Source: Hydrurus foetidus (lineage: Eukaryota). Taken from it: 64,000 nt of DNA. Position numbers and translations under genes: made by a program. Positions 18,186 to 28,834 of this stretch are shown piece after piece. Under the pieces are notes generated by a model that was given only the letters and a program-made list of their open reading frames with translations, was not told the origin of the DNA and searched no databases. Numbering within the stretch: position 1 is the first letter of the stretch; each line of letters begins with the position of its first letter. Location: the NCBI GenBank assembly GCA_900617105.1, contig UYFQ01000001.1, positions 3,162,001 to 3,226,000 on the forward strand, given 5' to 3'.

Positions 18186-20948
18186 TTGACCAAGGCAATT
18201 ACTGTGGCAGCATCGCCTAAAGGCCGCGCTGGTAAAGGTGCTTTTTGGCGTGCCGACTGGTTTGTCGGGCTGGCCGTGGTGCTGGCCGTCTTTTCCCTGC
18301 ACAAGTTCACCGACGTCTTTGACACGCTGGAGCGTCGCTACTACGACTTCGCCAGCACGTCGACGTCTCGCCAGCCGTCTGACCGAATCGCCATCATCGC
18401 CATTGACGACCAAAGCATTGCCAACATCGGCCGCTTTCCGTGGCCGCGCGATGTGCAGGCAACAATGACTGATTTGCTGGCTGCAGCAAAGGCCAAAGTG
18501 GTGGTCAACACCACCTTCTTTTTTGAACCCCAAACCGACCGCGGAATGGCCTACCTTCAAAAAATGAAGGCAGTACTGAGCGACCCCGCGCTGGCGCCCA
18601 CTGCCAGCAACGACGAGCTGAGCAAGCTGATTGCCGAGGCTGAAGTTGCCCTCGACACCGACACCAAATTAGCGTCCAGCTTTTCAAAAGCGGGCAATGT
18701 GCTGATTCCCTCTACTTATATATTAGGGTCGCCTCAAGGCAAACCAGACAAGCCGCTGCCAGCTTTTGCGGTGAAAAGTGCAATTGCCGAAAATACCGGC
18801 TTTTCAGAGCCGGTCATTCGCGGACAGCAGCCTATTGAGCTGTTGGGCAACGCGGCAGCGGGTGTGGGGCATGCCACGCAGTTGCAAGACATTGATGGCG
18901 CGGTGCGCAGCGAACCCCTGCTGGTTAACTATTTTGGTAGTGCGGTGCCATCGCTTAGTTTGCTGGCAGCGGCCAAGAGCTTGAACCTTGCGGTAGCGGA
19001 CATCAAGTTGAACAGTGGCGAGTCTGTTCAGTTGGGCAGGCTGGTGGTTCCCACCGACGAATTTGCGGTGATGCGGCCGCAGTTTTATAAAGAAAAAGAC
19101 GGCCGGCCGCCGTTTGCCGTTGATTCGTTTTATGACGTTTTGTCCGGAAAAATCGCATCGGCTAAATACGCCGACAAAATTGTGATCATTGGCGCCACTG
19201 CTGCTGGCTTGGGAACCCAGTTTTCCACCCCGGCGGGGTCAAGCCTTGCGCCCGCGGAAGTCATGGCGCACATAACGTCGAGCATTTTGAACCAGCACTT
19301 TATTACCCGTCCAATCTGGGCAGGTGCGGCGACAATTTTGGTGTTACTTGTTATCTGCGCCTATCTGATTGTGGCTTTGCCCAGTCTGTCGGCTGGCAAG
19401 GCGGCAGTTATTACGTTGGTGATGTTTGTCAGCTTGTTGGTAGCCGAATTCGGCTTGCTGTCTGCCAGTGCCAAGTGGCTTGAATTTGTTTTTCCGGCAG
19501 CGCTGCTGGCCATTGGCCACCTCGCGTTGACCACCAAACGCTTTTTGGTTACCGAAGCGGGCAAGGTGAAGTCCGACGACGAGTCTGCCGAAACCAACCG
19601 CATGATGGGCCTGGCGCTGCAGGGTCAGGGCCAACTCGACGCGGCGTTTGACCGTTTTCGCCGGGTGTCTTACAGCGACGCGCTGATGGACAACCTGAGC
19701 AGTTTGGCACTTGACTTTGAGCGCAAGCGCCAGTTCAACAAAGCCGAGGCGGTGTATGAATACATGGCCACACAAAACAAGGACTACAAGGGCCTGACAG
19801 CCAAGTTAAGCCGCGCTAAAAACCTGTCTGAAACCGTTATTTTGGGCGGCAGTGGCACGCACCCTGGCGGCACCATGCTGCTGGCCGGTGGCGGTGTTGA
19901 AAAGCCCATGCTGGGCCGGTACCAGGTTGAAAAAGAGCTGGGCAAAGGCGCAATGGGCGTGGTTTATTTGGGCAAAGACCCGAAAATCGGCCGGGTGGTC
20001 GCCATTAAAACCATGGCTTTGAGCCAAGAGTTCGAAGGTGAAGAACTGGACGACGCACGCGAGCGCTTCTTTCGCGAGGCAGAAACCGCAGGGCGTTTGC
20101 AGCACCAGAACATCGTGACCATTTTTGATGCGGGCGAAGAACACGACTTAGCCTTTATCGCGATGGAATTTTTAAAGGGCAAGGACCTGGCCGACGTCAC
20201 CAAAGCGGGCCAGCTCTTGCCCGTGGCGACTGTGCTGTCGATCGTGGCGCGGGTGGCCGAAGCGCTGGCCTATGCCCACAAGCAGCATGTGGTGCACCGC
20301 GACATCAAGCCCGCCAACATCATGTATGACCTGGCCACAGACAGCGTCAAAGTCACTGACTTTGGTATTGCGCGCATCACGGATTCCAGCAAAACAAAAA
20401 CCGGCCTGGTGTTGGGCACGCCGAGCTTTATGTCACCCGAGCAAATCGCAGGTAAAAAAATTGATGGCCGGTCTGATCTTTATTCCCTTGGCGTCATGCT
20501 GTACCAAATGTTGGCTGGTGTGTTGCCGTTCAGGGGCGAGTCTATGGCCGAGCTGATGTACAAAATTGCCAACGAGCCCGCACCTGACGTTCGGCTGGTG
20601 CAACCCGCAATATCTGAAAAATTAGCCAGCTTGGTCGCGCTGTCAATTGGCAAATTGCCTGCTGACCGCTTTCAGGATGGAGACAGTTTTGCGGCTGAAC
20701 TGCGTGCACTGGGCGCAGGTGCAAATGTTAGTGCGGGCGCGGGCGATGTTGGCGCCGCTGCGTTAGCGGTGACAAGATTTGCTGCGGCAGATGTTGCCAG
20801 CGGCGCTGTACAGCCGAGCCCTGAATTCGAAGCAACCGTGGTGCATGTCAAGCAAGTCGCGAGCTTTGAGCGGACAGTCGTCAGCCGCGCAGTCGATAAT
20901 ACTCAGTCCAACAAAATTGACACAAAAAACACCGACATCCAGCTCTAG
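18186..20948 (+). CDS. CHASE2-domain membrane Ser/Thr protein kinase
   Basis: IDDQSI..IGRFPWPR, DIDGAVR, IIGATA (CHASE2); TM helices; LGKGAMGVVY, VAIK, HRDIKPAN, DFG, GTPSFMSPE. Confidence 0.93.
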   Translation: MTKAITVAASPKGRAGKGAFWRADWFVGLAVVLAVFSLHKFTDVFDTLERRYYDFASTSTSRQPSDRIAIIAIDDQSIANIGRFPWPRDVQATMTDLLAAAKAKVVVNTTFFFEPQTDRGMAYLQKMKAVLSDPALAPTASNDELSKLIAEAEVALDTDTKLASSFSKAGNVLIPSTYILGSPQGKPDKPLPAFAVKSAIAENTGFSEPVIRGQQPIELLGNAAAGVGHATQLQDIDGAVRSEPLLVNYFGSAVPSLSLLAAAKSLNLAVADIKLNSGESVQLGRLVVPTDEFAVMRPQFYKEKDGRPPFAVDSFYDVLSGKIASAKYADKIVIIGATAAGLGTQFSTPAGSSLAPAEVMAHITSSILNQHFITRPIWAGAATILVLLVICAYLIVALPSLSAGKAAVITLVMFVSLLVAEFGLLSASAKWLEFVFPAALLAIGHLALTTKRFLVTEAGKVKSDDESAETNRMMGLALQGQGQLDAAFDRFRRVSYSDALMDNLSSLALDFERKRQFNKAEAVYEYMATQNKDYKGLTAKLSRAKNLSETVILGGSGTHPGGTMLLAGGGVEKPMLGRYQVEKELGKGAMGVVYLGKDPKIGRVVAIKTMALSQEFEGEELDDARERFFREAETAGRLQHQNIVTIFDAGEEHDLAFIAMEFLKGKDLADVTKAGQLLPVATVLSIVARVAEALAYAHKQHVVHRDIKPANIMYDLATDSVKVTDFGIARITDSSKTKTGLVLGTPSFMSPEQIAGKKIDGRSDLYSLGVMLYQMLAGVLPFRGESMAELMYKIANEPAPDVRLVQPAISEKLASLVALSIGKLPADRFQDGDSFAAELRALGAGANVSAGAGDVGAAALAVTRFAAADVASGAVQPSPEFEATVVHVKQVASFERTVVSRAVDNTQSNKIDTKNTDIQL

Positions 20949-20985
20949 GCGTAAAGCTTTGACCTAACGCCCTGATTCACACCCC

Positions 20986-21771
20986 ATGATTTACGAGATT
21001 TGCACTGAAACTGACCCCGGCTTGACCCGCGAGAACAACGAAGACGCTGTTGTGTTTGATACTGAAACGCAGCTGTGCATATTGGCCGACGGTATGGGCG
21101 GCTACAACGCCGGTGAAATCGCCAGCGGCATGGCAGTAGCTTTTATAAAGTCTGAGATGAGCCGCTGGCTGGCACAGGCCGGTAAAAATGTAAGTACCAA
21201 GGAAGTGCGCAGGGCCATGGAAATTTGCGTGCAAAACGCAAATTACTCCATCTTCAATGCCGCTAATTCCAATCCGCAGTACAACGGCATGGGCACAACG
21301 TTAGTGGTGGCGGCTTTCCTGGGCGACAGGGTGATGGTGGGGCATATTGGGGATTCCCGCTGCTATCGGCTGCGCGGAGCTGATTTTCAGCAAATCACCA
21401 AAGACCACTCGCTGCTTCAAGAGCAAATTGATGCCGGCCTGATCACGCCGGAGCAGGCGTTGACGTCCAGCAACAAAAACCTGGTCACCCGCGCGTTGGG
21501 CGTTGAAGACACCGTCAGCCTGGAAGTCAACGAGCACAAAGTAGAGCCGGGTGACATTTATTTGATGTGTTCTGACGGTCTGTCAGATATGGTGCTTGAC
21601 GCGCCGATAGGGCAAATCATGCGGGGTGAAGGTGAACTGCAGCTCAAAGCCAAGCAGTTGGTGCAGGCCGCTAATGACAACGGCGGCAGGGACAATATTT
21701 CTGTCTTGTTGGCTTGCGCCAACGAGGCCGAGGTTAAACGCGGGTTTTTATCCCGGATGCTCGGGAAGTAA
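20986..21771 (+). CDS. PP2C-family Ser/Thr phosphatase
   Basis: RENNED, ADGMGG, HIGDSR, CSDGL, GGRDN. Confidence 0.95.
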   Translation: MIYEICTETDPGLTRENNEDAVVFDTETQLCILADGMGGYNAGEIASGMAVAFIKSEMSRWLAQAGKNVSTKEVRRAMEICVQNANYSIFNAANSNPQYNGMGTTLVVAAFLGDRVMVGHIGDSRCYRLRGADFQQITKDHSLLQEQIDAGLITPEQALTSSNKNLVTRALGVEDTVSLEVNEHKVEPGDIYLMCSDGLSDMVLDAPIGQIMRGEGELQLKAKQLVQAANDNGGRDNISVLLACANEAEVKRGFLSRMLGK

Positions 21772-21809
21772 GAAATGATTAAAATGACAGCAAATACTGG
21801 GAGTGGGCT

Positions 21810-22475
21810 ATGCCGAAAATGATCGTCTCGATTGACGGCGTTGTAATTAAAGAAGTGCAGTTGACCAAAGACCGGACGTCTTTGGGTAGGCGTCCTTACA
21901 ACGACATCGTCATCGACAACCTCGCCGTCAGCGGCGAACATGCGGTGTTGCAGCTCGCCGGAAACGACGTGCACCTTGAAGACCTGAACAGCACGAACGG
22001 CACTTACCTCAACGGCAAAGCCGTTAAAAAGCAGCTTTTGCAAAATGGCGACACGGTTGAAATTGGCAAGTACCGCATCAAGTACATCAGCGAAGCGGCC
22101 GACGCTAGCTATGAAAAAACCACGGTCTTCAAAGCCGGTTCAGCGGCCGCGTCTGCAATAACAAGCATGGCAGCAACGGCTGCGGCACCCTTGGGTGAGT
22201 CAGCGGCTGTAGGGCAAGCGGCCATTAAGGTCATGTCGGGTGCAGCGGCGGGCCGCGAAGTTCCGCTGGTCAAAGTGGTCACCACCATCGGCAAGCCTGG
22301 CGTTGCCGTAGCGGCCATTACCCGCCGGCCTCATGGCTTTGTCATCGCTCACGTCGAAGGTGCCACCCGGCCGTCTTTAAACGGTACCGTGATTGGTGCA
22401 GAGCCGGTCGCGCTGAAAAACGGCGACACGCTTGAGTTGGCGGGCACGCAGATGCAGTTTGTTCAAAACGCGTAG
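21810..22475 (+). CDS. FHA-domain protein (canonical FHA plus a degenerate FHA-like C-terminus)
   Basis: LGR..NDI, VSGEHA, DLNSTNGTYLNG. Confidence 0.92.
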   Translation: MPKMIVSIDGVVIKEVQLTKDRTSLGRRPYNDIVIDNLAVSGEHAVLQLAGNDVHLEDLNSTNGTYLNGKAVKKQLLQNGDTVEIGKYRIKYISEAADASYEKTTVFKAGSAAASAITSMAATAAAPLGESAAVGQAAIKVMSGAAAGREVPLVKVVTTIGKPGVAVAAITRRPHGFVIAHVEGATRPSLNGTVIGAEPVALKNGDTLELAGTQMQFVQNA

Positions 22476-22539
22476 ACCACTTTGCGGCATGTAAGCGCCG
22501 CAATTTAAGTCAAGTCACTGGCAAGCCGCCTAAATCTGC

Positions 22540-24798
22540 ATGCTGCTAATTTCAAAACACTGGCGGCGCATCGCAGTCACGCTGATTCCGCTTGTGTTCG
22601 CGCTGCTGCACGCCAGCGGCGCTTTGCGTTTGGGCGTGCTCCAGCGGCTCGACGACATTATCTATGACGCGCGTCTTCGGGCCACCATGCCGCAAACCCT
22701 CGATGAGCGCATCGTCATCGTCGATATTGATGAGAAAAGCTTGGCCGAGTTCGGGCGTTGGCCTTGGGGCCGCAACAAGCTTGCAACACTGGTTGATGAA
22801 TTGTTTGTCAAGCATCAGGTTGCGCTGTTGGGTTTTGACGTGGTCTTTGCTGAGGCAGACGAAAGCTCTGGCTTAAAACGCTTGCAGCAACTGGCGCAAA
22901 ACGAGATGCGAGACCAACCCGGTTTCGCCGACAAGGTCAGTCAATTTCAATCCAGCCTCGACTACGACGCAACGTTTGCCCAAGCCGTAAAAAATCGGCC
23001 CGTGGTACTGGGCTACTACCTGACCAGCGACCGCGATGGTCGGGTAAGCGGCTTGCTGCCCGTCCCCGTGATGGACGCCGCACTGCTACAAGGCCGCCCC
23101 ATCAAGTTCACCAGCTGGAATGGCTACGGCTCCAACATTGAGATCCTTGCCAAAGCGGCCCCCTTGGCCGGATTTTTCAATTCCATCACAGAAAGCGACG
23201 GCGTGGTGCGCTCCATCCCGCTGCTGGCGGAGCACAAAGGCAATTACTACGAATCTTTGTCGATGGCCATTTTCAGGCTGCTTGCAGGGTTGCCAAGTGT
23301 GGAGCCCGGCTTTCCCAAAGAAAAGTTTTTAAGTCGCAACTACCAAGGCTTAGAAAGCATTTTGCTCAAAAATGGCGCAACAACGCTGGCTATTCCGGTT
23401 GACGACAGGGTTGCAACGCTGGTGCCGTTTAGAGGGCTTGGCGGCACTGGCGGCGGCTCTTTTCGGTACATATCGGCTGCCGATGTACTGGCCAAGCGGG
23501 TAGACAGTGGCTTGCTCAAGGGCAAAATTGTGTTGATTGGCACTACGGCCCCGGGCCTGCTTGACTTGCGCGTCACGCCGGTAGGCGAAACCTATCCTGG
23601 GGTAGAGACCCACGCCAACGTGATTTCAGGTTTTCTGGACGGCAAAATTTTCGTCAAACCCGACTACGCCATCGGCTTTGAAGTGGTGATTTTGATCTTG
23701 TCCGGGTTGGCGCTGGCCTTGCTGCTGCCGCTGCTCTCCGCCCCCAAGGCCGTGGCCTTGAGTTTGCTGGTGATTGGCGCGCTGGTGGGGCTTAATTTTT
23801 GGCTGTACCTGGGTTCGGGCTTGGTACTGCCGCTGGCCAGTGCACTGGTAACGGCCGTAACGGCTTTCGCGCTCAATATGAGTTACGGCTACTTTGTAGA
23901 AAGCAAGTCCAAGCGGCAGCTGGCTAACTTGTTCGGTACCTATGTGCCGCCCGAGCTGGTCGACGAGATGGTCAAAGACGCTGGCAGCTACAGCATGAAG
24001 GCCACCACTAAGGAGCTGACCGTGATGTTCTGCGACATGCGCGGCTTCACGCAAATGAGCGAAACCATGGAGCCCACCCAGCTCCAGGCGCTGCTGAATG
24101 CCGTGTTCAGCCGCCTGACTGATCAAATCCGCAGCAACCGCGGCACGATTGACAAATACATGGGCGACTGCGTCATGGCCTTTTGGGGCGCGCCGGTAGA
24201 CACGCCAGACCACGCCAGCCTGGCAGTCAAAACCGCGCTTGAAATGGCGGTGGCCATCCGCGCGCTTAATGAAGAGCATCGCGCCAAAGGCCTGCCCGAG
24301 ATTGGTATTGGCATTGGCCTGAACACCGGCACCATGTGCGTGGGCGACATGGGCTCAGACATTCGCCGCAGCTACACCGTGATTGGCGACTCGGTTAACT
24401 TAGGGTCGCGCCTGGAGGGTTTGTCTAAAACCTACGGCGTTGATATTGTGGTGAGTGAGTCCACCCGCCGATTGGCGCCCGAGTTTGCCTGGCAAGAGCT
24501 GGACAAAGTGCGCGTTAAAGGCAAAGACAACGCCGTGAGTATTTTTTGGCCGCAGTTCGCCTCACAACCAGACCAGCCCGGCATGCCAGACAAGTCTGCC
24601 GAGCTAAAAACATGGGCCCAGGCGCTTAAAGCCTACCGAATGCAGGATTGGGATCAATGCGAAGTGCAACTTCTTAATTTACAACGCTTAAATGCCAAAA
24701 AATACCTTTACCAGTTGTATGCAGAGCGTGTAGCCTCTATGCGGTTGCTTCCTTTTGATCCTGAGTGGGACGGCGCAACCAATTTCCAAACCAAATAA
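22540..24798 (+). CDS. CHASE2-domain class III nucleotide cyclase, probably adenylyl
   Basis: IDEKSL..FGRWPW; MFCDMRGFT, IDKYMGDCVMA, YTVIGDSVNLGSRLE (Lys/Thr specificity residues, N-x3-R). Confidence 0.93.
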   Translation: MLLISKHWRRIAVTLIPLVFALLHASGALRLGVLQRLDDIIYDARLRATMPQTLDERIVIVDIDEKSLAEFGRWPWGRNKLATLVDELFVKHQVALLGFDVVFAEADESSGLKRLQQLAQNEMRDQPGFADKVSQFQSSLDYDATFAQAVKNRPVVLGYYLTSDRDGRVSGLLPVPVMDAALLQGRPIKFTSWNGYGSNIEILAKAAPLAGFFNSITESDGVVRSIPLLAEHKGNYYESLSMAIFRLLAGLPSVEPGFPKEKFLSRNYQGLESILLKNGATTLAIPVDDRVATLVPFRGLGGTGGGSFRYISAADVLAKRVDSGLLKGKIVLIGTTAPGLLDLRVTPVGETYPGVETHANVISGFLDGKIFVKPDYAIGFEVVILILSGLALALLLPLLSAPKAVALSLLVIGALVGLNFWLYLGSGLVLPLASALVTAVTAFALNMSYGYFVESKSKRQLANLFGTYVPPELVDEMVKDAGSYSMKATTKELTVMFCDMRGFTQMSETMEPTQLQALLNAVFSRLTDQIRSNRGTIDKYMGDCVMAFWGAPVDTPDHASLAVKTALEMAVAIRALNEEHRAKGLPEIGIGIGLNTGTMCVGDMGSDIRRSYTVIGDSVNLGSRLEGLSKTYGVDIVVSESTRRLAPEFAWQELDKVRVKGKDNAVSIFWPQFASQPDQPGMPDKSAELKTWAQALKAYRMQDWDQCEVQLLNLQRLNAKKYLYQLYAERVASMRLLPFDPEWDGATNFQTK

Positions 24799-24835
24799 CC
24801 CTCGCATTCGCTGCACAAAATAATCAAGAATAGTT

Positions 24836-25633
24836 ATGAAAGTAAGGGTACTAGGCTGCTCCGGAGCCATCGCAAAAGACTGCCGCACCACGTCTTTTTT
24901 AATTGACGACGACGTATTGATTGATGCCGGCACTGGCGTTGGCGATTTAACGCTCGACGAAATGCGCCGTGTTGACCACGTGCTGCTAACGCACTCCCAC
25001 CTTGACCACGTTGCTGCATTGCCGCTAATGGTCGATGCCGTTGCCTCCCAGCGCCAAAAACCCATTCAGGTGCACGCGCTGGCCGGCACCATTGCAGCCC
25101 TTAAGGCGCATATTTTTAACAATACGATCTGGCCAGATTTTTCACGCATACCAACGGTAGAGGCGCCTTTCATCACCTTTCACCCGATTGAAATCGGCCA
25201 GGTGGTCTCGCTCGCTAAAAAGCACTTTGAAGTGTTGCCAGCAGTGCACACCGTGCCCGCCGTGGGCTACGCGGTCAGCGGCGGCACGGGTAACGGGTGC
25301 TGGGTATTTACCGGCGACACCGAGCGCAACCCCGCGCTGTGGGCGCGCATCAACCAGCTCGACGTGGCTATGCTGGTGATTGAAACCGCGTTCAGTAACC
25401 GCGAGCAGGGGTTGGCAAAACTCAGCTTGCACTTGTCACCGCAAACGCTCGCCAACGAGCTCGACTTTATCGACAAGTCAAAAAAATACCCAATCTACAT
25501 CACGCACACCAAGCCGTTTGAAACGGACGTCATCATGGCTGAAATTCAGCGCTTTGATCAAACCATTCCCGGTGGCAACAACGTGGTGCACGACATCCGC
25601 TGGCTCCGGGCTGGGCAGGTGTTTGACGTATGA
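24836..25633 (+). CDS. Metallo-beta-lactamase-fold 3',5'-cyclic-nucleotide phosphodiesterase (class II-like)
   Basis: VLGCSG, IDAGTG, THSHLDH, FNNTIWPDF, ETAFSN, ITHTKP. Confidence 0.85.
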   Translation: MKVRVLGCSGAIAKDCRTTSFLIDDDVLIDAGTGVGDLTLDEMRRVDHVLLTHSHLDHVAALPLMVDAVASQRQKPIQVHALAGTIAALKAHIFNNTIWPDFSRIPTVEAPFITFHPIEIGQVVSLAKKHFEVLPAVHTVPAVGYAVSGGTGNGCWVFTGDTERNPALWARINQLDVAMLVIETAFSNREQGLAKLSLHLSPQTLANELDFIDKSKKYPIYITHTKPFETDVIMAEIQRFDQTIPGGNNVVHDIRWLRAGQVFDV

Positions 25634-28098
25634 GCGGCCCGGGCAGCACAAGCCTGGGTTCCACGGGCATCACCAACAGCGCCTTTGGCGGCCTGGCTGC
25701 CGTAGAGCCGCGCAGCCCTGAAGACGAGTTTTTCAACTCGCAAATGCTGCCGCCGCAAGAACGCGGCGTAACGTTTGAGGCGCTGTTCTTCAGGCAGCTC
25801 CAGCAGGTCACCACGCGCATTCATGAGACTGAAAACATCGATCAGATCATGCTTGATGCCAGTCAGGACATCTGCCGCCTGTTTAACGCCGACCGCCTGA
25901 CGCTGTACGCCGTTAGCCCCGACAGCACATCGATCATCTCAAAAGTTAAAACTGGCCTGAACACCAGCCGCGATTTAAAGCTGCCCATCACACCGCAAAG
26001 CATTGCCGGCTACGTTGCCATGGCGCGCGCGCCGGTCAATATTGTTGACGTATACGACCAAAGCGAGCTCAGCAAAATTCACCCCAAGCTAACCTTTTTG
26101 CAAGAAGTCGACAAGCGCTCGGGTTACCGCACCAAGCAAATGCTGGTGGTGCCCGTGCTAGATGGCGACACGCTGAGCGGCGTGTTGCAAATCATCAACA
26201 ACCGCAGCGACCAGCCGTTCGCAAAACTTGAAGAAGACGGCGCTAAACAGCTTTGCAAAACACTCGGCATCGCCATTCGCCAGCGTCTGCAAAAAGCCAG
26301 CGACGCGCAGCGCCGCAAAGCCACCAGATACGACGGTGTGGTGGCCGACGGTGTTTTAAGCGCTGACCAGTTGGCGGCCTGCGTACAAAAGGCCCGATTG
26401 GGCGGCGTAACGGTTGAACACTTGCTGATGGCTGACCATGGCATTCGGCCATCACAACTTGGCCAGTCGCTGGCCAAGTTTTTCGGCGTGCCGTACGAGC
26501 CGTTTAACAGCGGGCGTATTCGCTCTGAAATTCTGCACGGCGTGCTTAAACGTGAGTTTGTGGTGCAGCAGGGCTGGATGCCTTTGGAAGAAACACCGGC
26601 AGGCCTGGTTGTCATGTGTGTTGACCCCGAGGCCGTGCGCGGCGCGCGCGTGGTGCCGCAAGTGTTTCCGCGCACCAGCAAATTCAGCTACACCGTCACC
26701 ACCCAAACCGAGTTTGAAGAAACGCTGAGTCAGTTGTTTGGCACCGGCGGCGACAACAGCTCTATTGACCAGCTGCTGGCCGACATGGACTCACCGCTTG
26801 ACAGCGACGCCCACGACGACTCTGCGCTTGAGTCCGCCGCCGCCGACAACGAGCTGGTCAAGTTCGTCAACAAAGTCATCATCGACGCATACAACCAAAA
26901 AGTCTCAGACATTCACATTGAGCCCATGCCCGGCAAAGCCAAAACTGGAATCCGATTCAGAATTGACGGCACGCTGCAGCCGTACATCGAAGTGCCCGCG
27001 CAGTTCAGGCAAGCCATGGTCACGCGCCTGAAGATCATGTGCGACCTGGATATTTCAGAAAAGCGCAAACCGCAAGACGGCAAAATCAAATTCAAAAAAT
27101 ACGGCCCGCTAGACATTGAGCTGCGCGTAGCCACCATTCCGTCATCAGGCGGGGTTGAAGACGTGGTTATGCGCATTTTGGCCGCAGGCGAGCCCATACC
27201 GCTTGAAAGGCTGGGACTCACTGCCCACAACAAAGAGCGGTTAGAGAAAACCGTCAGCAAGCCCTACGGTTTGTTTTACGTGTGCGGCCCCACTGGCTCG
27301 GGCAAAACCACCACGCTGCATTCGATATTAAAGTTTTTGAACACGCCCGACACCAAAATCTGGACCGCCGAAGACCCGGTTGAAATTACCCAAAAAGGCC
27401 TGCGCCAGGTACAAATCAACAAAAAAGCTGGCATTGACTTTGCCCTGGTCATGCGCGCGTTTTTGCGAGCCGACCCAGACATCATCATGGTCGGCGAGTC
27501 TCGCGACAAAGAAACCGTGTCAATGGGCGTGGAGGCATCGCTTACCGGCCACATGGTGTTTTCAACCCTGCACACCAACTCAGCGCCCGAGTCGATCACC
27601 CGCCTGCTAGACATGGGCATGGATCCCTTTAATTTTGCAGACGCGCTGCTAGGCATTTTGGCGCAGCGCCTGGCTAAAAAGTTGTGCGACTGCAAAGAGT
27701 CGTACGCCCCCACATCGCAAGAACTAAAAGACTTCATCAAAGAATATGCAGAAGAGCTAAAACACACTGACGCGTGGAAACAAGACCCCGGCGGCGAATC
27801 ACAGCAACTGCTAGACGACTGGACCGAGCGCTACGGCACGGGCGGCAGCTTGAACTTTTACCGCGCCGTAGGCTGCGACAAATGCAACCAAACCGGCTAC
27901 AAAGGCCGCATTGGCCTGCACGAGTTAATGATTGCCGACGACGCCGCTAAAAAGTTAATACAAGAGCGCGCCAGAGTAGCCGAGCTGTTCGCCAGCGCAG
28001 TCAACAGCGGCATGCGCACCCTGAAAATGGACGGCATGGAGAAAGTGTTGATGGGCCTGACTGATTTGAAAATGGTGCGGTCGGTGTGCATCAAGTAA
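25630..28098 (+). CDS. GAF-domain-fused PilB/GspE-family assembly ATPase
   Basis: N-terminal GAF (SIAGYVA, DVY, DKRSGYRTKQML, GVLQIINN, F..E); SDIHIEP, GPTGSGKTT, EDPVE, DPDIIMVGESRD, GHMVFSTLH, CDC/CDKC. Confidence 0.92.
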   Translation: MSGPGSTSLGSTGITNSAFGGLAAVEPRSPEDEFFNSQMLPPQERGVTFEALFFRQLQQVTTRIHETENIDQIMLDASQDICRLFNADRLTLYAVSPDSTSIISKVKTGLNTSRDLKLPITPQSIAGYVAMARAPVNIVDVYDQSELSKIHPKLTFLQEVDKRSGYRTKQMLVVPVLDGDTLSGVLQIINNRSDQPFAKLEEDGAKQLCKTLGIAIRQRLQKASDAQRRKATRYDGVVADGVLSADQLAACVQKARLGGVTVEHLLMADHGIRPSQLGQSLAKFFGVPYEPFNSGRIRSEILHGVLKREFVVQQGWMPLEETPAGLVVMCVDPEAVRGARVVPQVFPRTSKFSYTVTTQTEFEETLSQLFGTGGDNSSIDQLLADMDSPLDSDAHDDSALESAAADNELVKFVNKVIIDAYNQKVSDIHIEPMPGKAKTGIRFRIDGTLQPYIEVPAQFRQAMVTRLKIMCDLDISEKRKPQDGKIKFKKYGPLDIELRVATIPSSGGVEDVVMRILAAGEPIPLERLGLTAHNKERLEKTVSKPYGLFYVCGPTGSGKTTTLHSILKFLNTPDTKIWTAEDPVEITQKGLRQVQINKKAGIDFALVMRAFLRADPDIIMVGESRDKETVSMGVEASLTGHMVFSTLHTNSAPESITRLLDMGMDPFNFADALLGILAQRLAKKLCDCKESYAPTSQELKDFIKEYAEELKHTDAWKQDPGGESQQLLDDWTERYGTGGSLNFYRAVGCDKCNQTGYKGRIGLHELMIADDAAKKLIQERARVAELFASAVNSGMRTLKMDGMEKVLMGLTDLKMVRSVCIK

Positions 28099-28163
28099 GC
28101 AGCAAGCCCATCTCCCCTGGCCAGCGCGAAGCCGGAAGCCATGACTTTGCTGTGCATTAAAAA

Positions 28164-28215
28164 TGCTATTAATAAAGAAGCTGGTCGCGCGCGTATTTGT
28201 TGGAATACAGGCCTA
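28164..28215 (+). repeat. Dispersed repeat, copy 10 (diverged)
   Basis: TGCTATTAATAAAGAAGCTGGTCGCGCGCGTATTTGTTGGAATACAGGCCTA. Confidence 0.75.
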
Positions 28216-28244
28216 AAACACTTTAAAAACATGGCATTTTCTGA

Positions 28245-28356
28245 CTCCTTCCCCTTCCGGGGCTGCGGCCTGCGGCTCCGAGTCCGCCAATGCGGACTTG
28301 GACAGGCCAAAGAGCTGTTGCCTCTGGCGACTGCACGTGGGGCTGGGATGGGGGCA
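28245..28356. repeat. Possible second, GC-rich REP-like element with a nested hairpin insert
   Basis: CTCCTTCCCCTTCCGGGG...GGCTGGGATGGGGGC flanks around AGTCCGC-CAAT-GCGGACT; single copy in the window. Confidence 0.35.
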
Positions 28357-28422
28357 AGCACAAGCGCAAACTCACTACTGCTTACCTACCCGCAACCGAC
28401 CGTAAAGCAAAAGGAGCGCCGC

Positions 28423-28782
28423 GTGAACCATCCTGCTCGCCGCAATCTGACAGCCGTATGCATCGCAGCAGCCCTGCTGATCGCAGGCTGCTCCAACTTC
28501 GACTCGCGCCAACGCTATTGGGACGAGCAACTGGCAGGCAAGCTCAAAGCCGCGCCCTTGCACCGCCTGAAGTCGTTTGCCGCAGACAACGGTCACGAAT
28601 TGCACTGCAACGGCGACGGCATCAGCCGCGAAGGCACGCCCGACCTAATTGAGTGCTATCTGGTCGACGCCAAGAGCAAAGGCGCGCTGTTCAATTACCG
28701 GGGCAAGTTGTTTGTAACGATGAAAATGACCGACGGCCGGGTGGCTTCGCATACGTTCACGACTACGGTGGTTTTGTACTGA
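28423..28782 (+). CDS. Small hypothetical lipoprotein
   Basis: AAGGAG RBS at 28411, GTG start, lipobox IAGC. Confidence 0.7.
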   Translation: MNHPARRNLTAVCIAAALLIAGCSNFDSRQRYWDEQLAGKLKAAPLHRLKSFAADNGHELHCNGDGISREGTPDLIECYLVDAKSKGALFNYRGKLFVTMKMTDGRVASHTFTTTVVLY

Positions 28783-28834
28783 GCGGAGGCTGGTGCGGCA
28801 ACCCCAGACAGGTTTCGGATCCACAAGCCTTAAA

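Noticed and set aside
18186..22475. Kinase/PP2C/FHA as type VI secretion regulators (PpkA/PppA/Fha)
   Set aside because: No T6SS structural genes in the window; the kinase has an N-terminal CHASE2 and the neighbours are cyclase and pilus genes.
22540..25633. Cyclase plus MBL protein as a Pycsar/CBASS-like defence system
   Set aside because: The cyclase is a membrane CHASE2 sensor with ATP-type specificity residues, and no cNMP-binding TIR or TM effector is visible.
28141..28422. Long N-terminal extension of the 213 aa ORF (also the extensions at 55752 and 60569)
   Set aside because: They run through repeat or intergenic DNA; downstream starts have better RBS, lipobox or domain-boundary support.
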